Under the pieces are notes generated by a model that worked only from the letters and a program-made list of their open reading frames with translations, searched no databases and was not told where the DNA came from. This document shows positions 25,560 to 37,200 of a stretch of DNA of 61,561 nucleotides, in pieces. The DNA comes from Octopus sinensis (lineage: Eukaryota), in assembly GCF_006345805.1 (NCBI RefSeq), contig NW_021832556.1, positions 1 to 61,561 of the forward strand, read 5' to 3'. Position 1 is the stretch's first letter. Every line of letters starts with the position of its first letter. The position numbers and the translations under genes were made by a program.

Positions 25560-26030
25560 TTGAAAAAGGAACATGAGTTGATATATATATGGAAAAAAGT
25601 CAAGGTAAAAAATGCTAAAATAATTTTATAGAAAACTTTTGAGTACCAGTTTTGGTCATTGAGACTTTTTCAACTCTAAGTATGGAAAACAATTAAATTT
25701 TAGAAAAATTAAATGAAAAGTTTTTTAAATGAATATTTGCATAGTATTCAAATACAAAGGTAATTTTCCTTGTTTCTGTCTGTCTTGTTTACTCTTGTGG
25801 GTTTGAGGTTGTTGTGAATTCACAATTGCATAAGTAATTGCATAAATACATACAGATAAATTAAGAAGTCCAAGCTGATGGGATAATAATTCACAATAGT
25901 CCCAAAAGAGAAGTCCTCAAATGAATCCAATAAATAGAAAGAGTCTGACGGCCGTTTGTGGGAATGTGTAATGAAGTGTGGAGGTAAAACCTTTTCAATG
26001 TCAGTAATCCACATTTTCTTCATCAGAGAA
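25560..26030 (-). mobile_element. Possible Penelope-like remnant around the decayed hammerhead
   Basis: Weak RT-like fragment (DSFYLLDSFEDFSF...ISLDF) plus adjacent minimal hammerhead motif typical of PLE pseudo-LTRs; similarity is weak. Confidence 0.3.
25641..25676 (-). ncRNA. Decayed minimal hammerhead-like motif with U3-A8 core
   Basis: GAG-TTGAAAA-AGTC(TCAAT)GACC-AAAA-C(TG)G-TA-CTC; G10.1 and G12 are replaced by A, so likely inactive. Confidence 0.45.
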
Positions 26031-26274
26031 TATGTACAGATTTAGAATTTTGAAATAAAATCATAAAATTGTTCATGGGGTTGTAAAAATATATTTAAGA
26101 ATATACAGCTTCTTAATTTATCTGTATGTGTTTAAGCAATTACTTATCCAACTTTGATTTGGGCACAGAATTACACTATTATATGTATATATATTACAGT
26201 TTTATATCTAAGAGATGAAGAATTATGTACATATATATATATATTACAGTTCTATATTATGTACATTAGTTACA

Positions 26275-26468
26275 CTGGGGTCTTGGAAGCCAGAAGGCTG
26301 CACCAGGCCCAGTCTGATCTGGCAGTGTTTCTACAGCTGGATGCCCTTCCTAACGCCAACCACTCCGTGAGTGTAGTGGGTGCTTTTTACGTGCCACCGG
26401 CACAGGTGCCAGACGAGGCTGGCAGACGGCCAAGATCGGATGGTGCTTTTTACGTGCCGCCGGCACGT
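26275..26468 (-). mobile_element. 3'-UTR fragment of the RTE-X-like family (or SINE sharing its tail)
   Basis: Reverse complement of GTGGTTGGCGTTAGGAAGGGCATCCAGCTGTAGAAAC and GTGCCGGTGGCAC units seen at 37290-37683. Confidence 0.9.
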
Positions 26469-26565
26469 AAATATATATATATTTATATAGGTATATGAGT
26501 GCAAGCAGGAAAAGTAGAACTCAAAATATGAGTATATGTATAATTCTATTAATATTTAGCAGAAG

Positions 26566-26703
26566 TAACAGAGTGACTCAAGGTCCAAGAGTTTCATGCA
26601 TTGGCACTTATCAAACTAGTCACAGGTCAAAGATATTAACTCATATGTCTTTGACTAGTTTGATAAATGCCAATGCATGAAACTCTCAAACCTCAAGTCT
26701 CTG

Positions 26704-26706
<3 letters not shown>
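26566..26706. repeat. Foldback hairpin / short MITE-like element
   Basis: 26589-26622 vs 26652-26685 are 33/34 reverse-complementary; weaker pairing extends to ~60 bp per arm; abuts (TA)n. Confidence 0.85.
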
Positions 26707-26743
<37 letters not shown>

Positions 26744-26897
26744 CTGAAGCTTATTTTCTCATCATTAATTAATGACAATATTTTGAGTCATTACGTCTCT
26801 TGATAATCAAAAGTTCTCCCTCAACTGTCACTTGTTTACTTTTTGTATACAGCAAAATGAAACGAATTTCTCTGATGATATTGACAGAGATATCGTT

Positions 26898-26932
<35 letters not shown>

Positions 26933-28458
26933 CAATAATAATAATGGTGATGATGATGATAGCAATAAAACAACAACAGCTTTGGTAGAGTTATTGCTTA
27001 TAGTTATACTTCAATTTGTTCTTGTATGTTTTTATATCCTTTTATGGGTTTCAGTTATTGGGTTGTGGCCATGTTGGAGCATAGTGCCATTTTCAAGAGT
27101 TTTACTTACTTGACCTCAGTACTTCAATTTGGAACTTATCTGTTGATCCTGCTTCTCAAATTGTTAAGTTACATTTTGACTCAAAGGAGATGACATGCCA
27201 CTAGACATATGGGTATGTTTGTGTGCGTGTCTATGTCTGTATGTCCATAATTATCATAATTATCATAGTTTGATAGGATCTTATGAACCAGGGGACTGAG
27301 TGGAGGTGCAATGTTGAGGGCAGTGGCTTTATGCCAGGCATTGAGAGGTTAACACATGATAGAGAGACAGAAATAAGTATTTTGGCTGTAGAAGAGGTAC
27401 ATGACTATCCCAGCAGGAAAGGGAGAAAAAATGGTGGTGATAAGGTATTGTGGAGGTAGCTATAAGAAAAAGTAGAGAAATGAAGATGGCTAGATTTGTA
27501 GGTTCATGAGATTGTGAAAGGAGATTGACAGATGATTAGAGATGAGAGTAGAAGTGAATGGTGAACATGGGTGGAGGCATAGACAATGATGCATCTCAGT
27601 TTGCAGGGTAAGAGAAAGAAAACAGAAGGAGGAGGTTAAGGAAAAGAAGGTAATACATAAAGACAGACTGGAGGACAACAGTATAATGAAATAGGAAGAT
27701 GATATGAAGTAGGTGTGGGGGAAGAAGTAACCCTGCAGAAAAAAGCCCCAGAGATTAGAGGCACACAGGATGGATGTAATGGGTTACAATAAAATGTGTG
27801 GGTAGGATTTTGATAGTGGACATGAGAGTGTTTGAGGATGATGATGATGTGAGTGCAAAGTGGGTGAGAAAAGAAGTGGTCCTAAGAAGAGTGAATATTG
27901 GTAGCACAGAAGTGGCTGAGGGGAATATGTGCAATTCTGCTCTCATTTAATTACAGCAGCTGAGGAAATAGTTGCAGAGTTAGAATGGTGAAGAGGGGAT
28001 TGATGTTACAAAGTTGCTGGGAAGGGCTCAACAAATACAGATTGGGTGCTGGGGCAAAAAAGCATTAATGATATCCTTTTAGAGTTTTATTTTTTGCTGA
28101 GGTGGATGAGTTTTCTCAAGCATGGTGAATCGCTAAACATCTCAGTCTTTTGTCATCTCTTTCGTGAGGCTCAATATCCTGACGTTGGTTTTCGCTACTT
28201 TGTCTGGATAGCTTCCTGAATCTCCCTTCTACAGGTTCCATCAACATTTAGTGAGCAGTACCTCTTTCTGCAACTGTCTCCATCCATACACATCACACTA
28301 CTTTTGATGCCTCCTACACCCTCCTGCACTTTGTCATGGTGCATATCAGTGTTGCACACCCAGAAGAGCATGCACCCTTAATTTATTTCTAGTTTTTGCT
28401 TGTTCAGCCTACATTTTACTCCAATGTAGTATTGCTCTTCATTTATGTGTGTGTGCAT

Positions 28459-28494
<36 letters not shown>

Positions 28495-28534
28495 CTGTAT
28501 GTATACATGTTTATGTGTGTGTGTGTGAGGATCT

Positions 28535-28815
28535 TTACCAGCATTGCCTTACTGGCACCCGTGCTGGTGGCATGTGTAAAAGATTCGAGCGAGATCATTG
28601 CCAGTGCCGCCTGACTGGCCCTGTGTCGGTGGCACGTGAAAGCACCCACTACACTCTCAGAGTGGTTGGCGTTAGGAAGGGCATCCAGCTGTAGAAACTC
28701 TGCCAGATCAAGATTGAAGCCTGGTGCAACCATCTGGTTCGCTAGACCTCAGTCATACGTCCAACCCATGCTAGCATGGAAAGTGGACGTTAAACAATGA
28801 TGATGATGATGATAT
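28535..28815 (+). mobile_element. 3'-UTR fragment of the RTE-X-like family with (GAT)n tail
   Basis: GTGGTTGGCGTTAGGAAGGGCATCCAGC...CCAACCCATGCTAGCATGGAAAG...GATGATGAT. Confidence 0.9.
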
Positions 28816-28993
28816 ATATAAGTATGTGTGTGTGAGTGAACTTGAAGGTGTGCACGAATGTGTGTGTATTCGTGCATACATGTGTGTGTGCATGTATGTG
28901 TGTATGTGTGCATGCATGTATATGTGTGTATGCATGCGTGTGTGTATGTGTGTGTATGTGTGCGTGTGTGTGTGTGTGTGTGTAAAGTCTTAC

Positions 28994-29093
28994 CTCCCCA
29001 GGATCAAAGTTCCAGTCAACCATATCAAGTACAGACAACATGAATCCTTTGTCAAGTTTAAGATTGAACTCCTGGATCAATAGTTTTATATTC
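28994..29093 (-). CDS. VPS13: VPS13A/C-like coding exon (100 nt, phase 2/0): (R)[33 protein letters not shown]
   Basis: Long polypyrimidine tract + ttgccAG; donor GTAAGA; matches the recalled VPS13A/C motif LIQE..L..D.GF; phase fits the 152-nt upstream exon. Confidence 0.92.
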
Positions 29094-29206
29094 CTGGCAA
29101 AAAAGTAAAAACAAAAGCAAAAATAAAACAAAAGACACAATCAACCAAGGTTTCATAAATTGTTTAACCCCCAAAAGGTTAGCAACAACCAAAAAGATTT
29201 ATATAG

Positions 29207-29299
29207 AAACAGGTTGTTTATTTATATAAAACAGATGGCTTGTTTGTTTTGTTTAGAAGAGGAGAACATTGTTTTTGTTTTTTGTTTGGTGGACAATGG

Positions 29300-29330
<31 letters not shown>

Positions 29331-29531
29331 TAGGTAGATTTATTTATTTAGTCATTTACCATTCTATTGAAACGAATTCAAGGATGATGACCTCTCCAAG
29401 AAGTCAGTTCTAGCATGGGGTGCATTTTTGCTTCTTTTCTTTTTTCCTTCTTTTTCAGAAGGTGCCAGAGGGAAGATAAAAGGTTCTGTGAAAATCTAAA
29501 TATGTGTGTGTTTGTGTGTGTGCGTGCATGT

Positions 29532-29577
<46 letters not shown>
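29207..29577 (+). repeat. Dispersed repeat copy (arm 1 of an inverted pair with 32482-32923), ends in (GT)n
   Basis: Shared blocks, e.g. AAGGTGCCAGAGGGAAGATAAAAGGTTCTGTGAAAAT, occur reverse-complemented at ~32578-32615; the ORF track shows RCQREDKRFCENLN on both strands. Confidence 0.85.
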
Positions 29578-29578
<1 letters not shown>

Positions 29579-29600
29579 TGCTTTTGGTGCAAATGGTTTT

Positions 29601-29971
29601 GCTATACGATGTGCTATTTTACAATAATGTAAATAATATTAATGGTATTTTTATATAAGCTTAAAGCTTATGATGTTCACCGAGCAATGACTATGGAAAA
29701 TAATCTAATAATGGGGCATATTAGCCCTCGACAGAAAAATGAAGGATTTCCCATCTGCATGTAAAGGTAACACACTTAGGCATGTTAACAAAGGGATGTA
29801 GGTTCGCATCCCACGCGGATGGGGAAGCCTTCTTTTTTTCTGTTGAGGGCTTATATACCCCATTATTAGACTATTTTCTTTAGTCATTGCACAGCGAATG
29901 CCTTAAGCTTTAAGCTTATATAAAAATACCATTATTATAATTTACAGGATTGTTAAATATAGTAGCGTATA
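29601..29971. mobile_element. Imperfect foldback element, ~155-bp arms, ~60-bp loop (MITE-like)
   Basis: AATGGTATTTTTATATAAGCTTAAAGCTTA...CTAATAATGGGG mirrored by CCCCATTATTAG...TAAGCTTTAAGCTTATATAAAAATACCATT. Confidence 0.85.
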
Positions 29972-30024
29972 ATAAAGCTATTCGCTACAAAAGCACTAAC
30001 ATACATACGTATGTACGTACATAC

Positions 30025-31255
30025 ATATATTATGACTACACCCTCATTATCGAGTATGGCCATTGCACGAAGCTTAACTGTTACTGGTGCTGTGATCGAA
30101 TGTGACTTTTTAGCCCAGCTAAAGATCTACAATATCTTGTATAAAATTGGCAACTAAGACCTTTACTGGTAATAGCTGGCTGTAGTTGTAACTGGGCTTC
30201 ATGTACCTTTGCATGTCGTTTAAGTCCTCCTGCCAAATTACACTCTCTTCCACATGCCCGACAGATATGATTAGTATGGTGTCTAACTCCAGCACCAGTG
30301 GCCAGGTTGTCAATCATACGTCTCGCTTTATGACTACGAAGATGACTCTTGAGTCCAGCTTTACTGAGGTAGGGTCTTGCACAGACATTGCATGTCAGAA
30401 TCAAAGGAGGACCCTTCCCATCTGGAAGTGTAACAGCAATGCCCTTCCTGACATCCCTCCTTACTTTCTCATGTGCAACTCGAGATTTCTCAAATGTGGC
30501 TGTCCCCTCATGCACAATCCTTCTCCACCTGCTAGATCAATAGCCATGCCTTCCCATGTGTCATGAGAGATGCAAGCATCTCTTAAGGAAGCCTTCAGCA
30601 AGTCCTTATACCTCTTTTTTCGTTTATGTGGAGGTCGTTCTCCTTTAGCTAACTCTCCATAAAAGAGTTGTTTTGGCATCCTTGAATCCTTCATTCTGAC
30701 CAGATGACCACTCCATCTGAGCCTTTGCTTTAACACAAGAGCTTCTATACTTTCACACCGAGAGCCTTCGAGTATTTCAAGATCACTGATGTGGTCCTTC
30801 CACTTAATGCCATAGATCCGTCTGAGGCACATCTGATGGAAATGTTCCAGTTGTTTAAGGTGGTATCGATATGTGACCCACGTCTCGCAGGCATAGAGAA
30901 GAGAAGGGAGCACACATGCCTTGTACACCTTTATCTTTGTCTTTCTGCATATGTCTCACCGACTCCAGAGGCGCTTTTCTAGCCTTCCGAAAGCAACACT
31001 TGCTTTCCTAATTCTATATGGAATTTCATCATCCAAATTGCCATATCTATTAATAGTGCTTCCCAGGTAGACAAACTGATCGACTACATCAAGTCGTTTA
31101 CCATTCACATAGATATTTGGTACACTATACTGCTTACCAGGGGCAGGTTGGTACATGACAACAGTTTTCATGAGACTGACTGTCAATCCTAAGGCAGTGC
31201 AAGCATCAGAGAATGCATTCAAAATGTGTTGCATATCAATCTCTGTGTGTGCTAC
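30025..31255 (-). mobile_element. Second, shorter 5'-truncated copy of the RTE LINE at 21500-24330
   Basis: Near-identical to 21500-22697; same 3' end; 5' end runs into a (CATA)n/(CATG)n microsatellite. Confidence 0.95.
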
Positions 31256-31308
31256 ATGCATGCATACATACATACATGCATGCATGCATGCATGCATACA
31301 TACATACA

Positions 31309-31339
<31 letters not shown>

Positions 31340-31419
31340 GCTTATTATAGCCTCAGGCTGACCAAAATCTTGTGAGTGGATTTCATACTCAGAAACTGAA
31401 AGAAGACTGTCGTATATAG

Positions 31420-31640
31420 GTGTATATTTGTGTATGTGTGTGTGTCTTGTGTTTGTACCCCCACCATTGATTGACAACTGATGTTGCTGTGTTTACATTC
31501 CTGTAACTTAGTGGTTAGGTAAAAGACACTGACAGAATGAGTACTAGGTTTACAAAGAATAAATCTAGTGGTTGATTTCTTTGACCAATGGCAGTGCTCC
31601 AGCATGGCCGCAGTCACATGACTGAAACAAATAAAGCAAT
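31420..31640 (+). mobile_element. Degenerate SINE-like dispersed repeat
   Basis: TTGTGTTTGTACCCCCACC...GCAGTGCTCCAGCATGGCCGCAGTC..TGACTGAAACAAATAAA; related pieces at ~27065-27200 and ~44265-44400 in the opposite orientation. Confidence 0.65.
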
Positions 31641-31704
31641 AAAAATTTATGCCATTTTAATCCCGAGCAAGGCCTGGTATCTCTGGTAGTTCTTAGTAAA
31701 AGAA

Positions 31705-32080
31705 TGTGGAGATAGGAGATGTGGAATATGCAACAATAACAACTTTAAATACTTAGAAAGTGGTTTCCACATAAAATTCTCATTCAAAATAAATGCAGAT
31801 ATGAACTGCAAAACACAAAACCTCATATACTGCATTACCTGCCCAAGCTGCAAAGAAAATTGCATCGGTGAAACAAATAATTCCTCATGGTAACATGCAA
31901 GAATACACCGGCAGCATATCCAGTAAGAGGAATTATGCAAGATTCTGTAAAGCAAGTATGCAGTGGCAGAAAAAATTCAAAATCTTTCCCTTTTACGAAT
32001 GTTTACGGGGAAAGCTGCAATACCAAAAAGCAATGGAACTACACTTCATCCAAAAATTCTTTCCAAAATTGAATGTTTGA
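31705..32080 (+). mobile_element. Penelope-like GIY-YIG endonuclease remnant (pseudogenised)
   Basis: CGDRRCGIC...CKTQNLIYCITCPSCKENCIGET...HRQHI...FKIFPFY...ELHFIQKFFPKLN; in-frame stops and one frameshift. Confidence 0.8.
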
Positions 32081-32481
32081 ACGTAAAGCAGAGAATTTGC
32101 AATTTTTATTCTAAATGTTGCTCCTATATTGGAAAAACGATACTCATCTCTATAGATATTCAGGTAGATTTATATGGCATTGGGATATTCTAGCTTCACA
32201 TGTTTTTCTAACTTGTAAATATTGTTTGTTTATGGAAAACGTGAAATTGAAAGATACCTTAAGGAAAGAAAAAAATACATTATTATTATTGTTTCTGATC
32301 CAATATTTATAGAACGATGCTCATCTCTATAACATTGGATTTTACTTTTCTAATTTGTAAATATTGTGCTAATATCTTTTTCATGCAAAAACATGAAATT
32401 AAAAGAAACTTGACTTTATTTTTCAATGCAAAACATTGAAATGTAGACACAGACATATTTCCAAACACATAAACCCATAGG

Positions 32482-32507
32482 CACACACACACAACACACA
32501 CACACAC

Positions 32508-32558
<51 letters not shown>

Positions 32559-32923
32559 CACACTCACACACACATTTAAATTTTCACAGAACCTTTTATC
32601 TTCCCTCTGGCACCTTAAGAAAAAGAAGAAGGAAAAAATGGAAAAAGCAAAACTGCTCTGTGATGACCACACCCCATCCTATAACTGACTCCTTGGAGAG
32701 GTCACCAACCTTGAACTCATTTCAATAGAATGTTAAATGACTAAATAAATAAATAAATGAATAGAAGTAAAAATTGAAGGGGGGGGGCTCTCTTTTCCCC
32801 TTCTCTTTACTTATCTATCTATCTCCATTGTCCTGGAACCTCACCCCAAAAACCAAAAACAATGTTCTCCACTTCTAAACAAAACAAAAAACATTTGTTT
32901 TATATAAATTAAACAACTTGTTT
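32482..32923 (-). repeat. Dispersed repeat copy (arm 2 of the inverted pair with 29207-29577), includes (CA)n
   Basis: Reverse complement similarity to 29207-29577. Confidence 0.85.
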
Positions 32924-33326
32924 GTACATTCACAAAAAAAATATATTTGATAAGTTTGAAAAACAAACAAAAGAGCCAATAATAAGGACTAAATAAAAAA
33001 ATTGTTTTTCCAAAATTCTGGTAACCTCCTCTTAAATCTGAAATGGAAGCACATTATAAGTCATAGAGCAGCAGCAGAGTAATTAGTTAAAGATATTTAT
33101 GGCTGATCTATGGGGTTACCGCCCCCCCCCCGGGTTTCACATCCATAAATCGCTTAGCTTTACAGCATCTCTTCAGACCCTAATGGCAGTTGGCTGATGG
33201 CTCCTCTAGAAAAGGGAGGGAGAAAACACTTTGTTACTAGTTGTTGACTACAGACGCATATTCAATTGATACCACCTAACAGTCTCTTTTAGTTGCACCT
33301 GCAATATTAGGCCTTGAGCGAAGGAA

Positions 33327-34010
33327 AGATGCTCCTGCAGAGAAAACAACAGATGCCCAGTGAGAGACCAATGCAGAACCAAAGGAGTTGTCTATGAAAC
33401 TGAGGTGGTATCTGACCCTTGTAGCAATAGCTCCTTTCCCAACGACTACTACATTAGCAAGAATGGCAGTACCAATCCCAATGGCAGCAACCCAAACAAA
33501 AATAGTAGCAGCACCATTGCCATGGTGATAACAACAACAACGATAGCCACCATGAGAGCATTGATAACAGCTTCAACAACAACAATGGTGATGGTTCTAG
33601 CAGTGCACCAACAGCAACACTGTCACCAACGATGTCCCCTACACTGGCACCAACAACAACAACAACAACTCTAGCAACAGCAGAAGCAGCAGCATCAAAC
33701 GTCAACAGAAGCACCAGTGCACAAAGATAACATCAGACGTTTTGGAAACACCTTCAAACGGTGCCTCTCCAACCACAGACCCTCATTCAGCATCCCAGAG
33801 AGGATATACACTATGTCCTTAGCTAGTCATGTATGGCTGGACGATAAAGGAACTCCACACATACTCTTATGGAAGATCCTAGAAAAACCAGGTCCCTAAA
33901 TCAATGGGAGCATGCATTGTCAGCTGTGCATTGCTGAACAAGTGAGGATATTAAAGAACTCCCTCAACCTAGGGAATAACCAAAACTCCAGGATGGGAAG
34001 TCTTTGGACC
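33327..34010 (+). mobile_element. Second Penelope-like GIY-YIG remnant with an in-frame low-complexity insert
   Basis: One frame: RCSCRENNRCPVRDQCRTKGVVYETEV - ~100 aa N/T/Q-rich - GNTFKRCLSNHRPSF..SLASHVW..ILLWKILEK..NGSMHCQLCIAE; two in-frame stops. Confidence 0.75.
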
Positions 34011-34289
34011 CTGCTTACACTTCAGGAGATTCCTACTGAAGTCCTGGGACCCACAAGCCAACAGGGTCAATTATGGATAGCAGTCTAAAGGAGATAATCC
34101 CTCTGCCTTGGCTGTGTAGTCAACAACTAGTAACAAAGTTTCTTCTCCCTCCATTATCTAGGGAGGCCAATGGCCATTAGGGTCAGTAAAAATGGTGTAA
34201 AGCTAAGCACTTTATGGACATGAAAACCTAGGGAATCCCATAGACTGGCTATAATTATCTTTATCTAATTATATATATAGTCTAAAGTA

Positions 34290-37200
34290 TTCTGGCAAGG
34301 TAACATGGATGGTGTAGGGGGTGTAGGCATTCTCCTTGCGGAGAAATGGGTGGATAAGGTCATAGAGGTTGTCAGGGTTTGCGATAGAGTGCTTAAGCTC
34401 AGGTTAGTCCTACAGAGTGGCACAGCTACGATTATCTCCACCTATGCCCCACATGCGGGGCTACCAAATGATCAGAAGGACCACTTTTATGATACCCTTC
34501 TACAGGCTACCTCAAAGACGAGTGGCAAGGACCTCATCTTTGTGGGTGGAGACTTTAATGGGCATGTTGGGCGGGAATCGGATATCTTCACTGGGGTACA
34601 CGGCGGCCATGGTATTGGCACCAGAAATGATGAGGGGAACTAGACTACTGGAATTCTGTGATGCATGTAACCTTTTAATCTGCAACACTAACTTCAGGAA
34701 GCCTGACTGCCACCTTATAACCTATCAGTCAGGAGACTCTGCTAGCCAAATAGACTTCATCCTCACCAGACAGCGGGATGCAGGGTTGCTCTTAAATACA
34801 AAGACCCTCCCAGGTGAAGAATGTACCCCTCAGCATAGGCTAATCATTAGTGACTTTAGGCTTGAGGCCAGAAGGATTCCAAGAAACAGACCAATCCAGA
34901 AAAGAAGGATTTGGAAGCTAAAGAACCCTTCACATGGTCAGCGATTTAGGGACATCCGCATCAAGAAATTTGATGAGAGGGAGGAGGAGCTACAGACGTC
35001 GGACATAGAAGGTAGCTGGAAATTCCTACGGGACAGCTTGCTGAGTGCCACAGACCAAGTATGTGGATGGTGCAAAGTCCCTTCCAGACCTAGAGTTACG
35101 TGGTGGTGGAATACTGCAGTAGACAAAGCCATAGTGCAAAGAAACAGGCCTGGAAAGCCTGGAGGGGGGTAGCAGGGAACTGTACCAGGTAACCAAAAGG
35201 GAGGCTGGGCGGCAGGTATACATAGCCAAAGATGTAGCAGAAAAGTAGAAGTTTGCCAATGTCCAGCGACGTGAGGACCAAAGAACTGAGGTATTTCGGA
35301 TTGCTAGACAGTGTGTGAGAGAAAATAGTGATGTTACAGGAGAGAAATGTGTCCGCATGGATGATGGGGCACTTGCTTTTAATGTTGGTGAAAAGAAAGA
35401 GGCTTCGAGAAGCCATTATGAAAGACTGCTGAATGTGGAGAATGAATGGGAGGAGGAGAGCCTGCCAAATGTTGACCCAGTAGAGGGACCAGCTATCCGA
35501 ATAGACAGCTCCCTTGTAGTTAAGGCAATTAAGGGTATGAAACCAAGTAAAGCCCCCGGCCCATCTGGAATCACTGCTGAGATGCTTAAAACAGCTGGTT
35601 ATGTGGGCTATGGCCTAGTCACCCGCATTGTAAACCAGGTAGTTCATAATGGAGTCATACCCAATGACTGGCGTAGCAGCACCATAGTCAACTGCTACAA
35701 GGGTAAGGGTGATGCTCTAGATAGAAATAACTACAGGGGTATTAAACTGTTGGATTAGGTGATGAAGGTCACAGAGAGGGTCATAACCCATCTCATTAGG
35801 GAGAGAATTTGCTTAGATGAGATGCAGTTCCATTTTGTGCCGGGTAGAAGCGCCACTGATGCTATATTCCTGGTCTGACAACTGCAGGAGAAATACCTAG
35901 CTAAAGATAAACCTCTCTACATAGCTTTTGTGGACTTGGAGAAAGCCTTTGACAGGGTCCCCCGATCCCTTATCTGGTGGTCGATGTGAAAACTGGAGAT
36001 TGACGAATGGCTAATAAGGGCTGTACAGGCCCTATACAGAGAGGCTGTCAGCAAGGTTAGGATTGGCAACGAATATAGTGAAGAATTCACGGTAGAAGTA
36101 GGTGTACACCAAGGCTCAGCACTCAGTCCCCTTTTATTCATCATAGTCCTCCAGGCAATAACAGAGGAATTCAAAACAGGTTGCCCCTGGGAGCTCCTCT
36201 ATGCTGATGACCTGGCTCTCATAGCAGAATCACTACTGGAACTAGAAAAGAAATTTCAGGTGTGGAAGCAAGGGTTAGAATCAAAGGGCCTTAGAGTAAA
36301 TGTAGCAAAGACCAAAGTTATAGTAAGCAGAAAGGCAAACTCAGCACACACCCCTTCGGGCAGGTGGCCCTGCTCGATCTGTAGGAAAGGTGTAGGTAGA
36401 AACTCCATAAGATGCACCCAGTGTAAGTTATGGACGCATAAGAGGTGCAGCAACATCAAAGGAAGATTAACTGATAAGATAGCTTTCATATGCAGCAGAT
36501 GCACAGGGACAATAGACACCACAGATACTCAGAAAACAGATTCCATCACACTCCAGGGGAAGAAACTAGAAGTAGTTGATAGTTTCCGCTACCTGGGTGA
36601 CCAAGTTAGTACTGGAGGTGGATGCTCAGAGAGTGTCACCACTAGAATACGAATAGCCTGGGCAAAGTTCAGAAAGCTCCTACCCCTACTGACGACAAAG
36701 GGTCTCTCACTCAGAGTGAAAGGTAGATTGTATGATGCATGTGTGTGAACTGCCATGCTTCACGGTAGTGAAACATGGGCTGTGACTGCAGAGGACATGC
36801 GTAGACTTGAAAGGAATGAAGCTAGCATGATCTGCTGGATGTGTAATGTCAGTGTGCATGCACGACAGAGGGTAAGCACCCTGAGAGAAATGCTGGACAT
36901 AAGAAGTATCAGATGTGGTGTGCAAGAGCGACGCTTGCGATGGTATGGTCATGTACTGCGTATGGATGAGGAGAGATGTGTGAAGAAGTGCCGCTCCCAA
37001 ATAGTTGAAGGTATCAGGGAGAGAGGTAGACCCAGGAAGACATGGGATGAGGTAGTCAAGCATGACCTCAGAGCATTGGGCCTCACAGAGGCAATGGCGA
37101 AGGACCGAGATCTCTGGAGATACGCTGTGACTGCAAAGACCCAGGCTGCTTCCTGCACCAGTTCCGCATAGCCCCTGCCCATTCAAAGTACCTTGGATTC

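Noticed and set aside
33360-33714. Stand-alone polyQ/N-rich host protein or exon
   Set aside because: Flanked in the same frame by GIY-YIG motifs with stops; no convincing splice sites.
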